Position numbers and translations under genes: made by a program. Positions 1 to 9,844 of a stretch of 64,000 bases of DNA are shown one piece after another. The DNA is taken from the IMG/VR virus record IMGVR_UViG_3300020048_000099. One strand, 5' to 3'. Positions within the stretch are counted from its first letter, which is position 1. Each line of letters opens with the position of its first letter. The DNA is from an uncultured virus (IMG/VR IMGVR_UViG_3300020048_000099). Its lineage: Duplodnaviria > Heunggongvirae > Uroviricota > Caudoviricetes. The notes under the pieces are model-generated. The model was not told the origin of the DNA and searched no databases. It saw only the letters and a list, made by a program, of their open reading frames with translations.

Positions 1-205
1 CATAATAGCCGCCTATATCTGGATTTTGACTATTTATATATGATAACGATATTGGAATCTTATCACTTCCATTCTGTAAAATAATATTACCGTCTTTCAA
101 ATTACCAGTACTAGCATCGTAATAGTACTCAATATCGGCAATCATTACAGCGGTAACTTCTTTATGACGCCGAACATACTTATTCATTTTAACATCTTCT
201 TCCAC
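1..205 (-). CDS. Small accessory protein, 3' end outside window (MEEDVKMNKYVRRHKEVTAV...NPDIGGYY)
   Basis: Not in the ORF track. Manual translation gives a GTG start at 205 preceded by AGGAG, open to the window edge, downstream of a promoter-like motif. Confidence 0.7.
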   Translation of the reverse strand, partial: MEEDVKMNKYVRRHKEVTAVMIADIEYYYDASTGNLKDGNIILQNGSDKIPISLSYINSQNPDIGGYY

Positions 206-244
206 GTTACTCTCCTAAAGTTAAATGAAAATACAAACACAGCT

Positions 245-282
245 TATCAATTAAAGTATATATTGTCAATAATGGTTAGAAA
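245..282 (-). promoter_or_regulatory. Putative phage (early/vRNAP-type) promoter motif, copy A
   Basis: TTTCTAA-N14-ATATACTTTAATTGATA; the core recurs at 11844-11882 and 28773-28791. Confidence 0.55.
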
Positions 283-283
283 A

Positions 284-317
284 GCATAACTAGCTACATT
301 GCTGTAGCTAGTTATGC
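284..317 (-). terminator. Intrinsic terminator hairpin after the protease gene
   Basis: 15-bp perfect stem gcataactagctaca/tgtagctagttatgc with a 4-nt loop, followed by T's on the minus strand. Confidence 0.75.
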
Positions 318-327
318 ATTAAAATAT

Positions 328-1095
328 TTACCATTTTGTAAATAACGGAGGTATAGTACTAACACTATATACCTTATCATTATTAAAACTTTTTAACACT
401 TCTTGAAATATCTCTTTATTTGATTCAGTGGCGATAGTACTATCGCTATCTATAATCTGTTCTATTTCACGTCTAGTAATAATACGATCATCTAGATTTT
501 CTAAACTAGGACTATTCCACTTTGTAGCATGACTTATACCTGGTTCAACTACATTATCGTAAGTATAGATACTAGTTAAAACACGTATAGTCTTTCCACG
601 TTCATAGTGATTATAGGTAATTGCCCTTATTGAAAAACATACGTTCTCATCAGGATTATCAAATGATTCTTTTAACGCTGGACCATTTGGGCCAGATGGT
701 TTAACTTTAGCCATAACAGCCACTAAGTTTGGATTACCATATTGAGGATTATTTTTACCATATGTTTCATCTAACCATATTTCTTTATAATGGCAGCAAA
801 CATTAGGTTCTTCTATCCGCATTATTCTCCTAAGATAATCACTATCAGACATACCTGGTGTTTGTACAGGATGACCACTTTCACCTTTAAGATTACCATT
901 AGCTATTCTGCGCATTAGTATACTAGATTCATCAAATAGTTTTTTAGCACCATCTAATGTATAATATTCTCCAGCACTATTAAATACATTTAATCCACCT
1001 ATAATCATGTTATAATAACCAGTTTCATCTGGTTTTAAAATTCCTCTTTTTCCAGTGTTTTCTAACTTAGTGGCACTGTACTTAACATTATTCAT
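328..1095 (-). CDS. Prohead (head maturation) serine protease, phiKZ gp175-like
   Basis: GESGHP, FSIR and YDNVVEPGI motifs of T4 gp21/phiKZ gp175-type proteases; C-terminal SLE/ATE self-cleavage-type sites; synteny. Confidence 0.85.
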   Translation of the reverse strand: MNNVKYSATKLENTGKRGILKPDETGYYNMIIGGLNVFNSAGEYYTLDGAKKLFDESSILMRRIANGNLKGESGHPVQTPGMSDSDYLRRIMRIEEPNVCCHYKEIWLDETYGKNNPQYGNPNLVAVMAKVKPSGPNGPALKESFDNPDENVCFSIRAITYNHYERGKTIRVLTSIYTYDNVVEPGISHATKWNSPSLENLDDRIITRREIEQIIDSDSTIATESNKEIFQEVLKSFNNDKVYSVSTIPPLFTKW

Positions 1096-1116
1096 GTATT
1101 GTATCCTTCAACATAA

Positions 1117-1836
1117 TTAAGCTCGTAAAATTGATTCTATTTTTTCAACCTTATCTGTAGGTGATACTAACGCACTAGTAACACCTTCAGAAAAGTAACT
1201 ACCTGATAATTTATTAACTGTACTATTAACAGAATATAATACGCTCTTTAAAGGTACGTAACTTATTTTATCTAATGTCACATCTTCATATTTTTCTATA
1301 CTTAAACGTATGTATTTAGTCCTATCTTTTTTACTGCGAGTTACCATAGCCGCAATAAATTCTATAACTTCATAATTTTGTCCTATATTAATACCAGAAT
1401 AATAACTAGAACTATCGAATAGTTTACCCATATCCTCATATCCAACAAACCAAGGAACCTTGCCCTTAAATATAAACTCATCTAATACATTAAACATAAT
1501 AGATGCACGTTTAAGTATATTAGTAGATTTGATAACAGCCGTATTAGCTTCAAAATAAAACTCGTAGTAAGGTACATCATCAATTTTAATCAATGATGTC
1601 TTACTAGGATTAAGTTCTAATAAAGCATTTATATTACATACTGTGTATTCATTAGAGTCTAAAATAAGCGCAAATAAACCATAAGTAAAAGTATCACCGC
1701 CTATTTGCCCTAAACCTACTTCTGTATATCTTACAGGCATATGTATGCGACATGGTACTTTAGTTATGATTTGATCTCCTCCATTATCTATTAGATTTGA
1801 TAATACTAAAGAAGAATTGCGTTTATAAATTGTCAT
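1117..1836 (-). CDS. Conserved virion protein, phiKZ gp176-like (possibly vRNAP-associated)
   Basis: Adjacent to the protease; NKLSGSYFSEGVTSAL...IESILRA C-terminus resembles this family as I recall it. Confidence 0.6.
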   Translation of the reverse strand: MTIYKRNSSLVLSNLIDNGGDQIITKVPCRIHMPVRYTEVGLGQIGGDTFTYGLFALILDSNEYTVCNINALLELNPSKTSLIKIDDVPYYEFYFEANTAVIKSTNILKRASIMFNVLDEFIFKGKVPWFVGYEDMGKLFDSSSYYSGINIGQNYEVIEFIAAMVTRSKKDRTKYIRLSIEKYEDVTLDKISYVPLKSVLYSVNSTVNKLSGSYFSEGVTSALVSPTDKVEKIESILRA

Positions 1837-3293
1837 TACAGTGGTTCTATATTTAATTGTTCTGTTAAATATGTACTTAAATAATTAATTACAGCAAATA
1901 ATGCAGCTTCTCGTACATCTATATTACCGTTAATTTTACTAGCTTCATTAATATCATTAAGTATGTTATATGAATTAGTATAATGGAATCTACATTTTGC
2001 TATTAATAATAATGCAACAGAATATGGATCATTTATACTATTTGATTTTAATTTTGACAATTCTCCTAATGCCAATTTCATTACTGTACTAATATGATTT
2101 GTATTTTTTTCAATGTACGCTAATTCACTCTTATCTAATGTTTTTAACATAGAAGAAAAAGTATTTAATAAAAAGTCTTTAAAGTACGTAAAGCTTTTAT
2201 TACTTTCATTTATTTTAAAAAATGAAATATAAGACTCCCATTGATTTTTAAAAGAACTGGATTTTATATCTATCGAAGCTTTTGAATGAAGTTGTTCACC
2301 AGATACAATTAAACCTAAAATAACATCTACTGAACCACCGGTTTCTAACCACTCATTATAAACTTCACCATTTACTTTAGCCCAATAGCTTATAGGATTT
2401 AATTCTATAACTAATAGTCCAGTAGCTTTGTAAGAAGCGAATTTTTTAACACACTGTACTAGCATAGCACCAGCATAATCTCTATATTTAGCTACCGTGT
2501 TTTTATAAACAGTAAGATTCATATATTCAGATACTTGTGCATTATTAAATAAATAAACACTTAATAGATAAATTGCCAATGCATAATCAGATTTTTCAAA
2601 TACATTTAGTTTATCTATGTCTAAGTAATTAGTTGCATAATTATTACTTGGTTGTTTATTAGTGAAAAAATCATTGATAACGTCTTTAATGAAAGTACTA
2701 TTTTTACCTGATACCCAAGTCATAATAGCTTTATCAACATCACCAGACGACATAAGTAATAATGAATTTAAGTCTTCAATAGCCCCTAAGTCAATATTTA
2801 ATTTTAAGTCAGGTGATATAGGATTTTTATCATTATAATGAGATAGAGATTCTAAAAAATCATCATTCTTTAAAACTTCTGGAATAGATAATTTAATAAT
2901 ATTAAATCTTTCACTAGGTTCTATAACAGGATTAGATTCTTTATACTTTATAATAGAATCAGCAAATTGTGTAACTAATGGTTTAATAACATTCTTAGCA
3001 TGACTAACATGTGCTGTAACTAATTTAGACAAATCTTTTATTAATGGATCAGCATATCTATCATAATTACTAGTATTGTCACTTGTGCTAGATGTTCTTG
3101 ATTCTACATTAGTAGCTAAATCATCTGCTGTAAAATCTTTAGGATAAACTTCATTTGATGTTTGTTCAGCGATTATTGATAATCTAGTCATTTCATACAA
3201 TGGAGTGTCTATTTTAGCTGATAATTTAAAACCTCGTTTATTTAAGTCATAGACATGACTAGACGCAGCGACTATAGAATTTTTATCAAGCAT
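1836..3293 (-). CDS. Conserved virion/head protein, phiKZ gp177-like
   Basis: 485-aa ORF translationally coupled to its neighbours; synteny between gp176 and gp178. Confidence 0.55.
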   Translation of the reverse strand: MLDKNSIVAASSHVYDLNKRGFKLSAKIDTPLYEMTRLSIIAEQTSNEVYPKDFTADDLATNVESRTSSTSDNTSNYDRYADPLIKDLSKLVTAHVSHAKNVIKPLVTQFADSIIKYKESNPVIEPSERFNIIKLSIPEVLKNDDFLESLSHYNDKNPISPDLKLNIDLGAIEDLNSLLLMSSGDVDKAIMTWVSGKNSTFIKDVINDFFTNKQPSNNYATNYLDIDKLNVFEKSDYALAIYLLSVYLFNNAQVSEYMNLTVYKNTVAKYRDYAGAMLVQCVKKFASYKATGLLVIELNPISYWAKVNGEVYNEWLETGGSVDVILGLIVSGEQLHSKASIDIKSSSFKNQWESYISFFKINESNKSFTYFKDFLLNTFSSMLKTLDKSELAYIEKNTNHISTVMKLALGELSKLKSNSINDPYSVALLLIAKCRFHYTNSYNILNDINEASKINGNIDVREAALFAVINYLSTYLTEQLNIEPL

Positions 3294-3495
3294 TTTTATT
3301 CTCCAATAATTGTTTAGTTATATTTTGATAAGCTAAAGATTGTATAATGCTAGTAGTAATCTTAGAACCATTAATACTATTAGAAATATCATTACCAGCT
3401 ATTTCTTTAATAACGCTACTAATTATTTCTCCAGCATTAGCTAAAGTTAAAATAGCTAGCGTATCTAAATTACTTGATTTTGTATTGATATCCAT
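3286..3495 (-). CDS. Small hypothetical protein
   Basis: 69 aa, AAGGA RBS upstream, overlaps the next start. Confidence 0.6.
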   Translation of the reverse strand: MDINTKSSNLDTLAILTLANAGEIISSVIKEIAGNDISNSINGSKITTSIIQSLAYQNITKQLLENKNA

Positions 3496-3543
3496 CTTAT
3501 TTTCCTTAAATAAAAGAGTTTGCTCATAAGATTGTGATTTTTA

Positions 3544-3577
3544 ATATCTAATGCGCCTTTTAAAGCGCACTAGATAT
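3544..3577 (-). terminator. Hairpin after the RNAP beta gene
   Basis: Near-perfect inverted repeat atatctaatgcgc/gcgcactagatat. Confidence 0.55.
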
Positions 3578-6500
3578 CAAGAACCTTTATACATTTTAAC
3601 TGCTTTTTTAGCTACTAATTTTAATAATGTAGTAGTTGTTCCTATAATCATAGGACTAAGAACTATACGAGCAGCTATAGCTCTATAACTAAATATAGCA
3701 TCTATTTGTTCACCAGATTCTGTATGCATATCATAATCCATAACTTCAGCAAAGACAGATTTTAACTGATTACCAAATACACCTTTATCTCCAACGCGCG
3801 CCTCTGTATTAATAGTAATATAGAATTTAACACATGCTTTATCTATAGCTAATGGAACACCATTAACTCTATAGTCATCATTTACTTCACCAGTTATTAT
3901 TGGAACTCCGCTAGCTAAGCATTTATTCTTTAATACTAAATCACTATCATCGGCTAATGCTCTAAGTGATTTAGACATATCGTCTTTTTCACCATGATAA
4001 AAAACTTCTATTTTATCTACTACACCTATATATGAAACTTTAGGTGCTTGATTAGATAATCTTCTTAAAGCTAATAATGATTCTTTATCAAAAATATTAA
4101 CATTAGAAGTTATCTCATCTTCTATTAGCATATAGATATCTTCAGGAGTTACCTTTTGTCCTACTTTAAGAACATCTAATACTTCTTGATTAAACTCTAA
4201 AGTAATAGTTTTAACTTTAGTAGTTCTAGCTGAAAGTTTATTAGATATGCGTCTACTAATAGATGATGAATCTTCATAGGTTTGATTAGATTCAAATATA
4301 GCTGTTTTAACACTAAATGAGTTTTTCATAATAACTTTTTTACGATCTAAAAAGTCTACTTCAAAAAATCCAGTATTATAAGCTATAGTATCACCTTTTT
4401 TAAAACTTTCACCTTTATGTAGTTGAGTAGCTATATCGTAAGGATAAGTACTTCCTTCTGCTGTACCGTGAACTCTTCCTAATTCTACACCTACTTTACT
4501 ACCGTCACTATATTCAACAAGTATACCATTTTTTTCCACATTTATTACTTTTCCGTCCATTAAAGCAGTTGTAGCAAACATACTACTTACTCTATTATTA
4601 ATAACTGATTCATAACCAGTTCTAATATACGGTTGATGGTATCCATCACTTGCTATAGTATGTCCTTGTTGTATAGATATAAAATTAATCCTTGCTGGAT
4701 TATCGTGATCTGCACCAGGCGCTAATAATGCACTAGTAGAAAATAAGTTAGTCGGTGACATAACTTTTTCTTTTTTAATAGTTCCTCTAAGTGAATTAAA
4801 ATTAGGATCAGCTGAAAAGAATGCATTTATACCGACATCGGTACTATCAACAGTTGCCTCAGACACTACACCCATATCGTTAATGTGATATGCTCTAGAA
4901 GCTTTATTCATAGCTTCTTTTGTTCTACCACCTTCTCCAACATAAGTTACTACTTCACCTCTTTTTAAATCTTGTATAGGATTAATATCTTGAACTGTCT
5001 CCATGGCTGGATCTTTAATAATAGTGTTCCAAACTTGGAATGGACTTATTTCTATTTTAGATCTACCAGCTATATTTTTACTTCTATACTGTCTAACAGC
5101 AACAGCTAGTTCTTTATAGATAGCACCAGATATTCTTTCATAACCACGAACTCTCATAAAGTTCATATCTTGACTGATCGGTGAATTATAAGTTTGTAAC
5201 ATTTCTGTAGCACGTATTAACAAACCATTAAAGGTAGTAGGCTCACCCATAGATTTTAAAATACCAAGAGTTATAGGATCTATAAACAACTCTTCTATTA
5301 AATCTATTTCTCTTAAATAAATAGCACTTAATCCTTTAGATGTAAGTAAATTTAGATATATATTTTTATGATCAAATTCTTTACTATCATAAACTTTAAT
5401 TTGTTTTTCATATTCAAGAAAACCAGATAATATATTACTAGCTACTTTATCTTTCTTAGAAAAAATATAAGTTAAATCTCTAAACTTTAATAGATACTCA
5501 TGTTTTTCTAACACTGGACGTTTACCAGCTTCAACTGTTCTAAATGCAGCGCCTAATACAGTTATTAAATTAGCAAAACCCATAGAGTAACCAAGTATCA
5601 TAGCTACAGGTATATTCTTACTAAATATTTTTATCTCTGAAAAATCTATAGGTGAATTTTCTTCTGGGAGTTCTAAAACATCATATATATTACCAATAGG
5701 TGAATGTACTCCATTAGCATAAATAAAAAAGTTATTGTTCTTATCTATAACTACTGGTTCATGTTTACTAGTATAACCTATTAAAACATTTCCATTTACC
5801 TCTATTTTAATTAAAGTATCTGGATCAGTCATTACTTTTCTTTCTCTATGATCTAGAACTAAAGTAATATCTCCAGCTATAATTATTTTAAAATTATTAG
5901 CTAACACTGAATATATATAAGGAGCTTTAAAGTTATTATCATAAACAGAAGCAGGTGTTACTTTAGTGATATGTTCATTTTGCTCTATTAAAGCTTTATT
6001 GATTTGAGTTACTAACCAATCAGAAGAACTATTAGCTTTCTTATCACAAAGAGAAACAAATGATTTTCCATAATAACTAGTTAAAGCAACTATAGTTGTA
6101 CTAATCTTCCGTATTGGTATATCAACTTTCTGCTTCCTAAGTGAGTATCTATTTCCAGCTATCTTAAGTGTACCATCTAACGCAACTATGGGAATTTTAA
6201 AATGTATAGTAGAACTAGCGCCATCTAATGGTTTAAGTTCTAATGTATGTTTTTCATAAGATCCTAAGATACTATGTTCTGTATCTATAACATGGTTCTT
6301 AATAACTACACCAGCTTTTTGTATACCAGATGTCATAGCTAGTATATCTTTTTTCATTACATTAGCTATATAGTTTCTATCTAATCCTAATAATGAAGAA
6401 TTTAACATACTCTTATCTAGTACTAAATTACTATCAGGTATCTTAGATACATTATCATCCATCAATAATTCTTCAGGTTGAATAATAGTTGACTGTAAAT

Positions 6501-7830
6501 AGTTTTGAGTACTGTCGTAAGGATTCTCTAGATTTTTAAAAGCCTCTATATCCTTTTTATAAGATTTATAATCACTAGTAGTTAGTAATCCTTGCTCTAC
6601 ATATTTATTTAATTTTTCATCTAATACTTCAGTTGTATCTTTAGTTACATTTAAAGTTTGTTCTAACTCTTCTTTAGTTGCAGCTACTTTTACATTTTCA
6701 CTTTGGACTTCTTCACCAGATTTATCTATGACTATATCTTTAGTCATAAGTGTATAATTAGTTATTTTTTCTAACTTATTAAATTCATCATCTAGTTCAG
6801 ATATCTCTTTCTCTAAATCTATATTATTAGTTCCAATAGTATCGTCAGCTATTTCGTTATACTGACCAGAAGTTGTTTGATCAGACGACACCTCAGCATT
6901 AATATCATTAGTAGGTTCATTAGAAATACCTGACTCATTTAATTCAACATCATCAATTAACTCAACATTATTAGATTGTAATGTTAATAAGAATTTTAAA
7001 AATATTCTTTGTATTTGAACACTAGTAAGTTGAATTATATTACTAAATTCAGTAGTATTTTCATTACCTTTAATCCAGCTATTTAAATAACCTAAATTTA
7101 TATACGCTGATCTACCATCTTTAACATTAAAAACTAAAGTTATTTTACTAAAAGCAGTTTCTGTTAAATTAGCAAATATAGATTTATCTCTATGTTCTAC
7201 TGATAACCATTTCCATAATTCTAATAAAAATAGTTTATCATTATTATCAAATATTTTTAACATAGTTATATTAGTCTTAATACTGTATATATTAAGTATA
7301 CTATAACTTGGTAAATTAGTAGGAAGATTAATAAAATAAAAGTGATTTTTATTACTTATATCGGATATAGTATTTATATTATCCCACATAGTTTTTTGTA
7401 TATTCCACCATTTATAATAATCACTCATAGGTAGTTGAACATATTTATAAATATCATATAAATAAGAATAATTATTAATTAATAATAAAGTAACGTCGCT
7501 TATTACTTTATAATGATCTTTAATATACTTATATTGTTTATTTTCTAAATGAAACTTTTTAGTTAATCCTCTAATAATTACATTTACCTTTCTAGGAGAT
7601 CCTTTATCTGAAGTAAGATGTTCAGGATAATCTACAAGTATACGTTTATTTGAATTTTTAAGATATAAACTAGATGTATCTATATCTTTTATTTCTTCAC
7701 TATCTGTTAGATAGTGTAACATTGTATCTTTTGGTAAAGTTGTTAATAGACTAAGTTTAGGAACTAATAATCCTTGAACATATCTAATACCAACTTGTCT
7801 ATAAAAGAAACGATAGATTTGTTGTGTCAT
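3577..7830 (-). CDS. Virion RNA polymerase beta subunit (N-terminal/major part), phiKZ gp178-like
   Basis: 1417 aa; beta-subunit motifs GEGGR, DHDNPARINF...QQGH, IRTGYE, TYEDSS, RVGDKGVFGNQLKSV; no intein motifs seen. Confidence 0.9.
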   Translation of the reverse strand: MTQQIYRFFYRQVGIRYVQGLLVPKLSLLTTLPKDTMLHYLTDSEEIKDIDTSSLYLKNSNKRILVDYPEHLTSDKGSPRKVNVIIRGLTKKFHLENKQYKYIKDHYKVISDVTLLLINNYSYLYDIYKYVQLPMSDYYKWWNIQKTMWDNINTISDISNKNHFYFINLPTNLPSYSILNIYSIKTNITMLKIFDNNDKLFLLELWKWLSVEHRDKSIFANLTETAFSKITLVFNVKDGRSAYINLGYLNSWIKGNENTTEFSNIIQLTSVQIQRIFLKFLLTLQSNNVELIDDVELNESGISNEPTNDINAEVSSDQTTSGQYNEIADDTIGTNNIDLEKEISELDDEFNKLEKITNYTLMTKDIVIDKSGEEVQSENVKVAATKEELEQTLNVTKDTTEVLDEKLNKYVEQGLLTTSDYKSYKKDIEAFKNLENPYDSTQNYLQSTIIQPEELLMDDNVSKIPDSNLVLDKSMLNSSLLGLDRNYIANVMKKDILAMTSGIQKAGVVIKNHVIDTEHSILGSYEKHTLELKPLDGASSTIHFKIPIVALDGTLKIAGNRYSLRKQKVDIPIRKISTTIVALTSYYGKSFVSLCDKKANSSSDWLVTQINKALIEQNEHITKVTPASVYDNNFKAPYIYSVLANNFKIIIAGDITLVLDHRERKVMTDPDTLIKIEVNGNVLIGYTSKHEPVVIDKNNNFFIYANGVHSPIGNIYDVLELPEENSPIDFSEIKIFSKNIPVAMILGYSMGFANLITVLGAAFRTVEAGKRPVLEKHEYLLKFRDLTYIFSKKDKVASNILSGFLEYEKQIKVYDSKEFDHKNIYLNLLTSKGLSAIYLREIDLIEELFIDPITLGILKSMGEPTTFNGLLIRATEMLQTYNSPISQDMNFMRVRGYERISGAIYKELAVAVRQYRSKNIAGRSKIEISPFQVWNTIIKDPAMETVQDINPIQDLKRGEVVTYVGEGGRTKEAMNKASRAYHINDMGVVSEATVDSTDVGINAFFSADPNFNSLRGTIKKEKVMSPTNLFSTSALLAPGADHDNPARINFISIQQGHTIASDGYHQPYIRTGYESVINNRVSSMFATTALMDGKVINVEKNGILVEYSDGSKVGVELGRVHGTAEGSTYPYDIATQLHKGESFKKGDTIAYNTGFFEVDFLDRKKVIMKNSFSVKTAIFESNQTYEDSSSISRRISNKLSARTTKVKTITLEFNQEVLDVLKVGQKVTPEDIYMLIEDEITSNVNIFDKESLLALRRLSNQAPKVSYIGVVDKIEVFYHGEKDDMSKSLRALADDSDLVLKNKCLASGVPIITGEVNDDYRVNGVPLAIDKACVKFYITINTEARVGDKGVFGNQLKSVFAEVMDYDMHTESGEQIDAIFSYRAIAARIVLSPMIIGTTTTLLKLVAKKAVKMYKGS

Positions 7831-7833
7831 ATT

Positions 7834-9840
7834 TTATTTCCAATCTAAATATAAAGGCACATTTAAAAGATCTGGTTCTAAAAATTCATACATTTGTTCT
7901 AACGAAGGCATGTTTGAATCACTATCTACTCCAAGTATAGCTTCAACTTGTTCTTTTGACCAAGCCATTATATCGTTAGAGCGTGTAGATATATTAGGTA
8001 TATCACCAGTATTTAATAATACATTAATAATATTAACAGTACAATCTTGTCCTATCCTATCTAATCTAGCACAGGCTTGTTTATATTCATAATCTCTAAA
8101 AGGACTATTTAACATTATAGCTGTATCAGCCATAATTAACGGCACTGCAGTAGATAGAGATTTAAATGTAGCTATCAATGGATTAGCTGTACTTGTATTT
8201 CTAAATAACTCTATTATATTAACTAGATCTTTATTAGTTTCACCATAGACCCTTAATGGTTTATATCCTAATTTAAAAAGATAATCATAAGTTGTATCTA
8301 CCACATTAACATAGCTTGTAAAGATAACTGTTTTTTTAACAGACTTTTCAATAAAAGATTCTAAATTACTGTGAGGTACTAAGTCAACTATACACTGTTC
8401 TCTAAGTTTACTTAGTATGCGACCTAAAGCTTCACCTTGTACTTTTAATGTATAGTACTTAACTATAGAACGTATATCTTTAAATTCTACACGATACTCA
8501 GGTGGTAATGACGGCATTATCTTATTTAATTCATATTTATTACAATAGATAACTTCAGCTTGCATCATTTCAGGAATATAGTTAGTACGTATTTTATTTA
8601 TATATTCTCTATATAGTAAATATTCCTTTTTCTCAACATCTGTCTTTAATTTATTTTCATGTAATCCTAAAAAATACATATAACGTTTAATATAATTAGG
8701 CATACCCTTCTCATAAAACTGTTGTTGCTGTTTTATGAATTCTGACATTACTTTTCTAATAGCGACTAATGTATAATTATCACTATTATCTATAGTAACT
8801 AAATGTTCTGTAGTTATAACTTCTGTTTTAACTATAACCGATTTATCTACTTTAAAAGTTAATAATCCTAATCTATTATTTAATATCTCTAATGCACGAC
8901 CAGTGCTGCCTCTATAAAGTTGTTTAAAACTTTCTTCAACTTCAGGTGTAAAATATTTATCTAATGTTTTAAGCATAGGAATAACTTCTTTACCTATAGC
9001 TTTTATAAGTGTTCCAGATGACCAAACAACATGCTGTGTATTTAATACATCACATAACTTTATAAATGATAATGTTCTCATACTCACCATCTCATTAAAA
9101 TTATGAGATTCATCTAAAATAACTATTGGTTTTTTATACTTATAATTCTTAAAGAACTCATAAGCTCTCTCTACTTGCTCATAATGAAAAACATAATACT
9201 TATAATCAGTAGTTAATTTATCAATACTGGTAGATAACCAATATTTAGTTGGAGTAGTTAATCTAGTTGATATAGTTTCACCCCAAACTTCATTAACTGA
9301 ATTCTTAGGAACTATACATATAACTACATCTGCATCTAATGTTTCAGCTAATGATATCGACATTACCGTCTTTCCCGTACCTGGCAAAGCACCTAATAAG
9401 TACCCTTTTAAATCATATTTAGGGACAGAGCTATTATATAACTTTAAAAATTCTAACTGATGTGGGAATAAAGGTATATTTAATCTATTTAGTTTTTTAA
9501 GATCTAATATATCATCATACTTCTCACTTAATCTTTTTAACCATGTATTAGAATATAAAAGTTTTATTAATTGTTCTACATCTTTTTTTAAACCTATATC
9601 ATATTTATTTATATGTAAGTTTTCTAAAGCAAACAAAAAATCTACAGCATAAAATTTATATAAGGTAATCTTTCTATATGAAACATGTGTAAACATATAT
9701 TTTTCTATTCTACTAGTTTCCCATGTCTTATATAATAATTTTATTATATACCTAGCAGCTACATTATTAATATAGATTTTTTGATTATCTTCTGTTACAG
9801 TAACAGGCATAAAAAAATTAAGTGATGTAACTATAGTCAT
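7834..9840 (-). CDS. SF2 (SNF2-like) helicase/ATPase
   Basis: Motif I PGTGKT, motif II DESH, motif III SGT, motif VI QACARLDRIGQ. Confidence 0.85.
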   Translation of the reverse strand: MTIVTSLNFFMPVTVTEDNQKIYINNVAARYIIKLLYKTWETSRIEKYMFTHVSYRKITLYKFYAVDFLFALENLHINKYDIGLKKDVEQLIKLLYSNTWLKRLSEKYDDILDLKKLNRLNIPLFPHQLEFLKLYNSSVPKYDLKGYLLGALPGTGKTVMSISLAETLDADVVICIVPKNSVNEVWGETISTRLTTPTKYWLSTSIDKLTTDYKYYVFHYEQVERAYEFFKNYKYKKPIVILDESHNFNEMVSMRTLSFIKLCDVLNTQHVVWSSGTLIKAIGKEVIPMLKTLDKYFTPEVEESFKQLYRGSTGRALEILNNRLGLLTFKVDKSVIVKTEVITTEHLVTIDNSDNYTLVAIRKVMSEFIKQQQQFYEKGMPNYIKRYMYFLGLHENKLKTDVEKKEYLLYREYINKIRTNYIPEMMQAEVIYCNKYELNKIMPSLPPEYRVEFKDIRSIVKYYTLKVQGEALGRILSKLREQCIVDLVPHSNLESFIEKSVKKTVIFTSYVNVVDTTYDYLFKLGYKPLRVYGETNKDLVNIIELFRNTSTANPLIATFKSLSTAVPLIMADTAIMLNSPFRDYEYKQACARLDRIGQDCTVNIINVLLNTGDIPNISTRSNDIMAWSKEQVEAILGVDSDSNMPSLEQMYEFLEPDLLNVPLYLDWK

Positions 9841-9844
9841 AAAC

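Noticed and set aside
3577..9840. Inteins in RNAP beta or the helicase
   Set aside because: No C/S...HN-C/S/T splice motifs or LAGLIDADG blocks seen.
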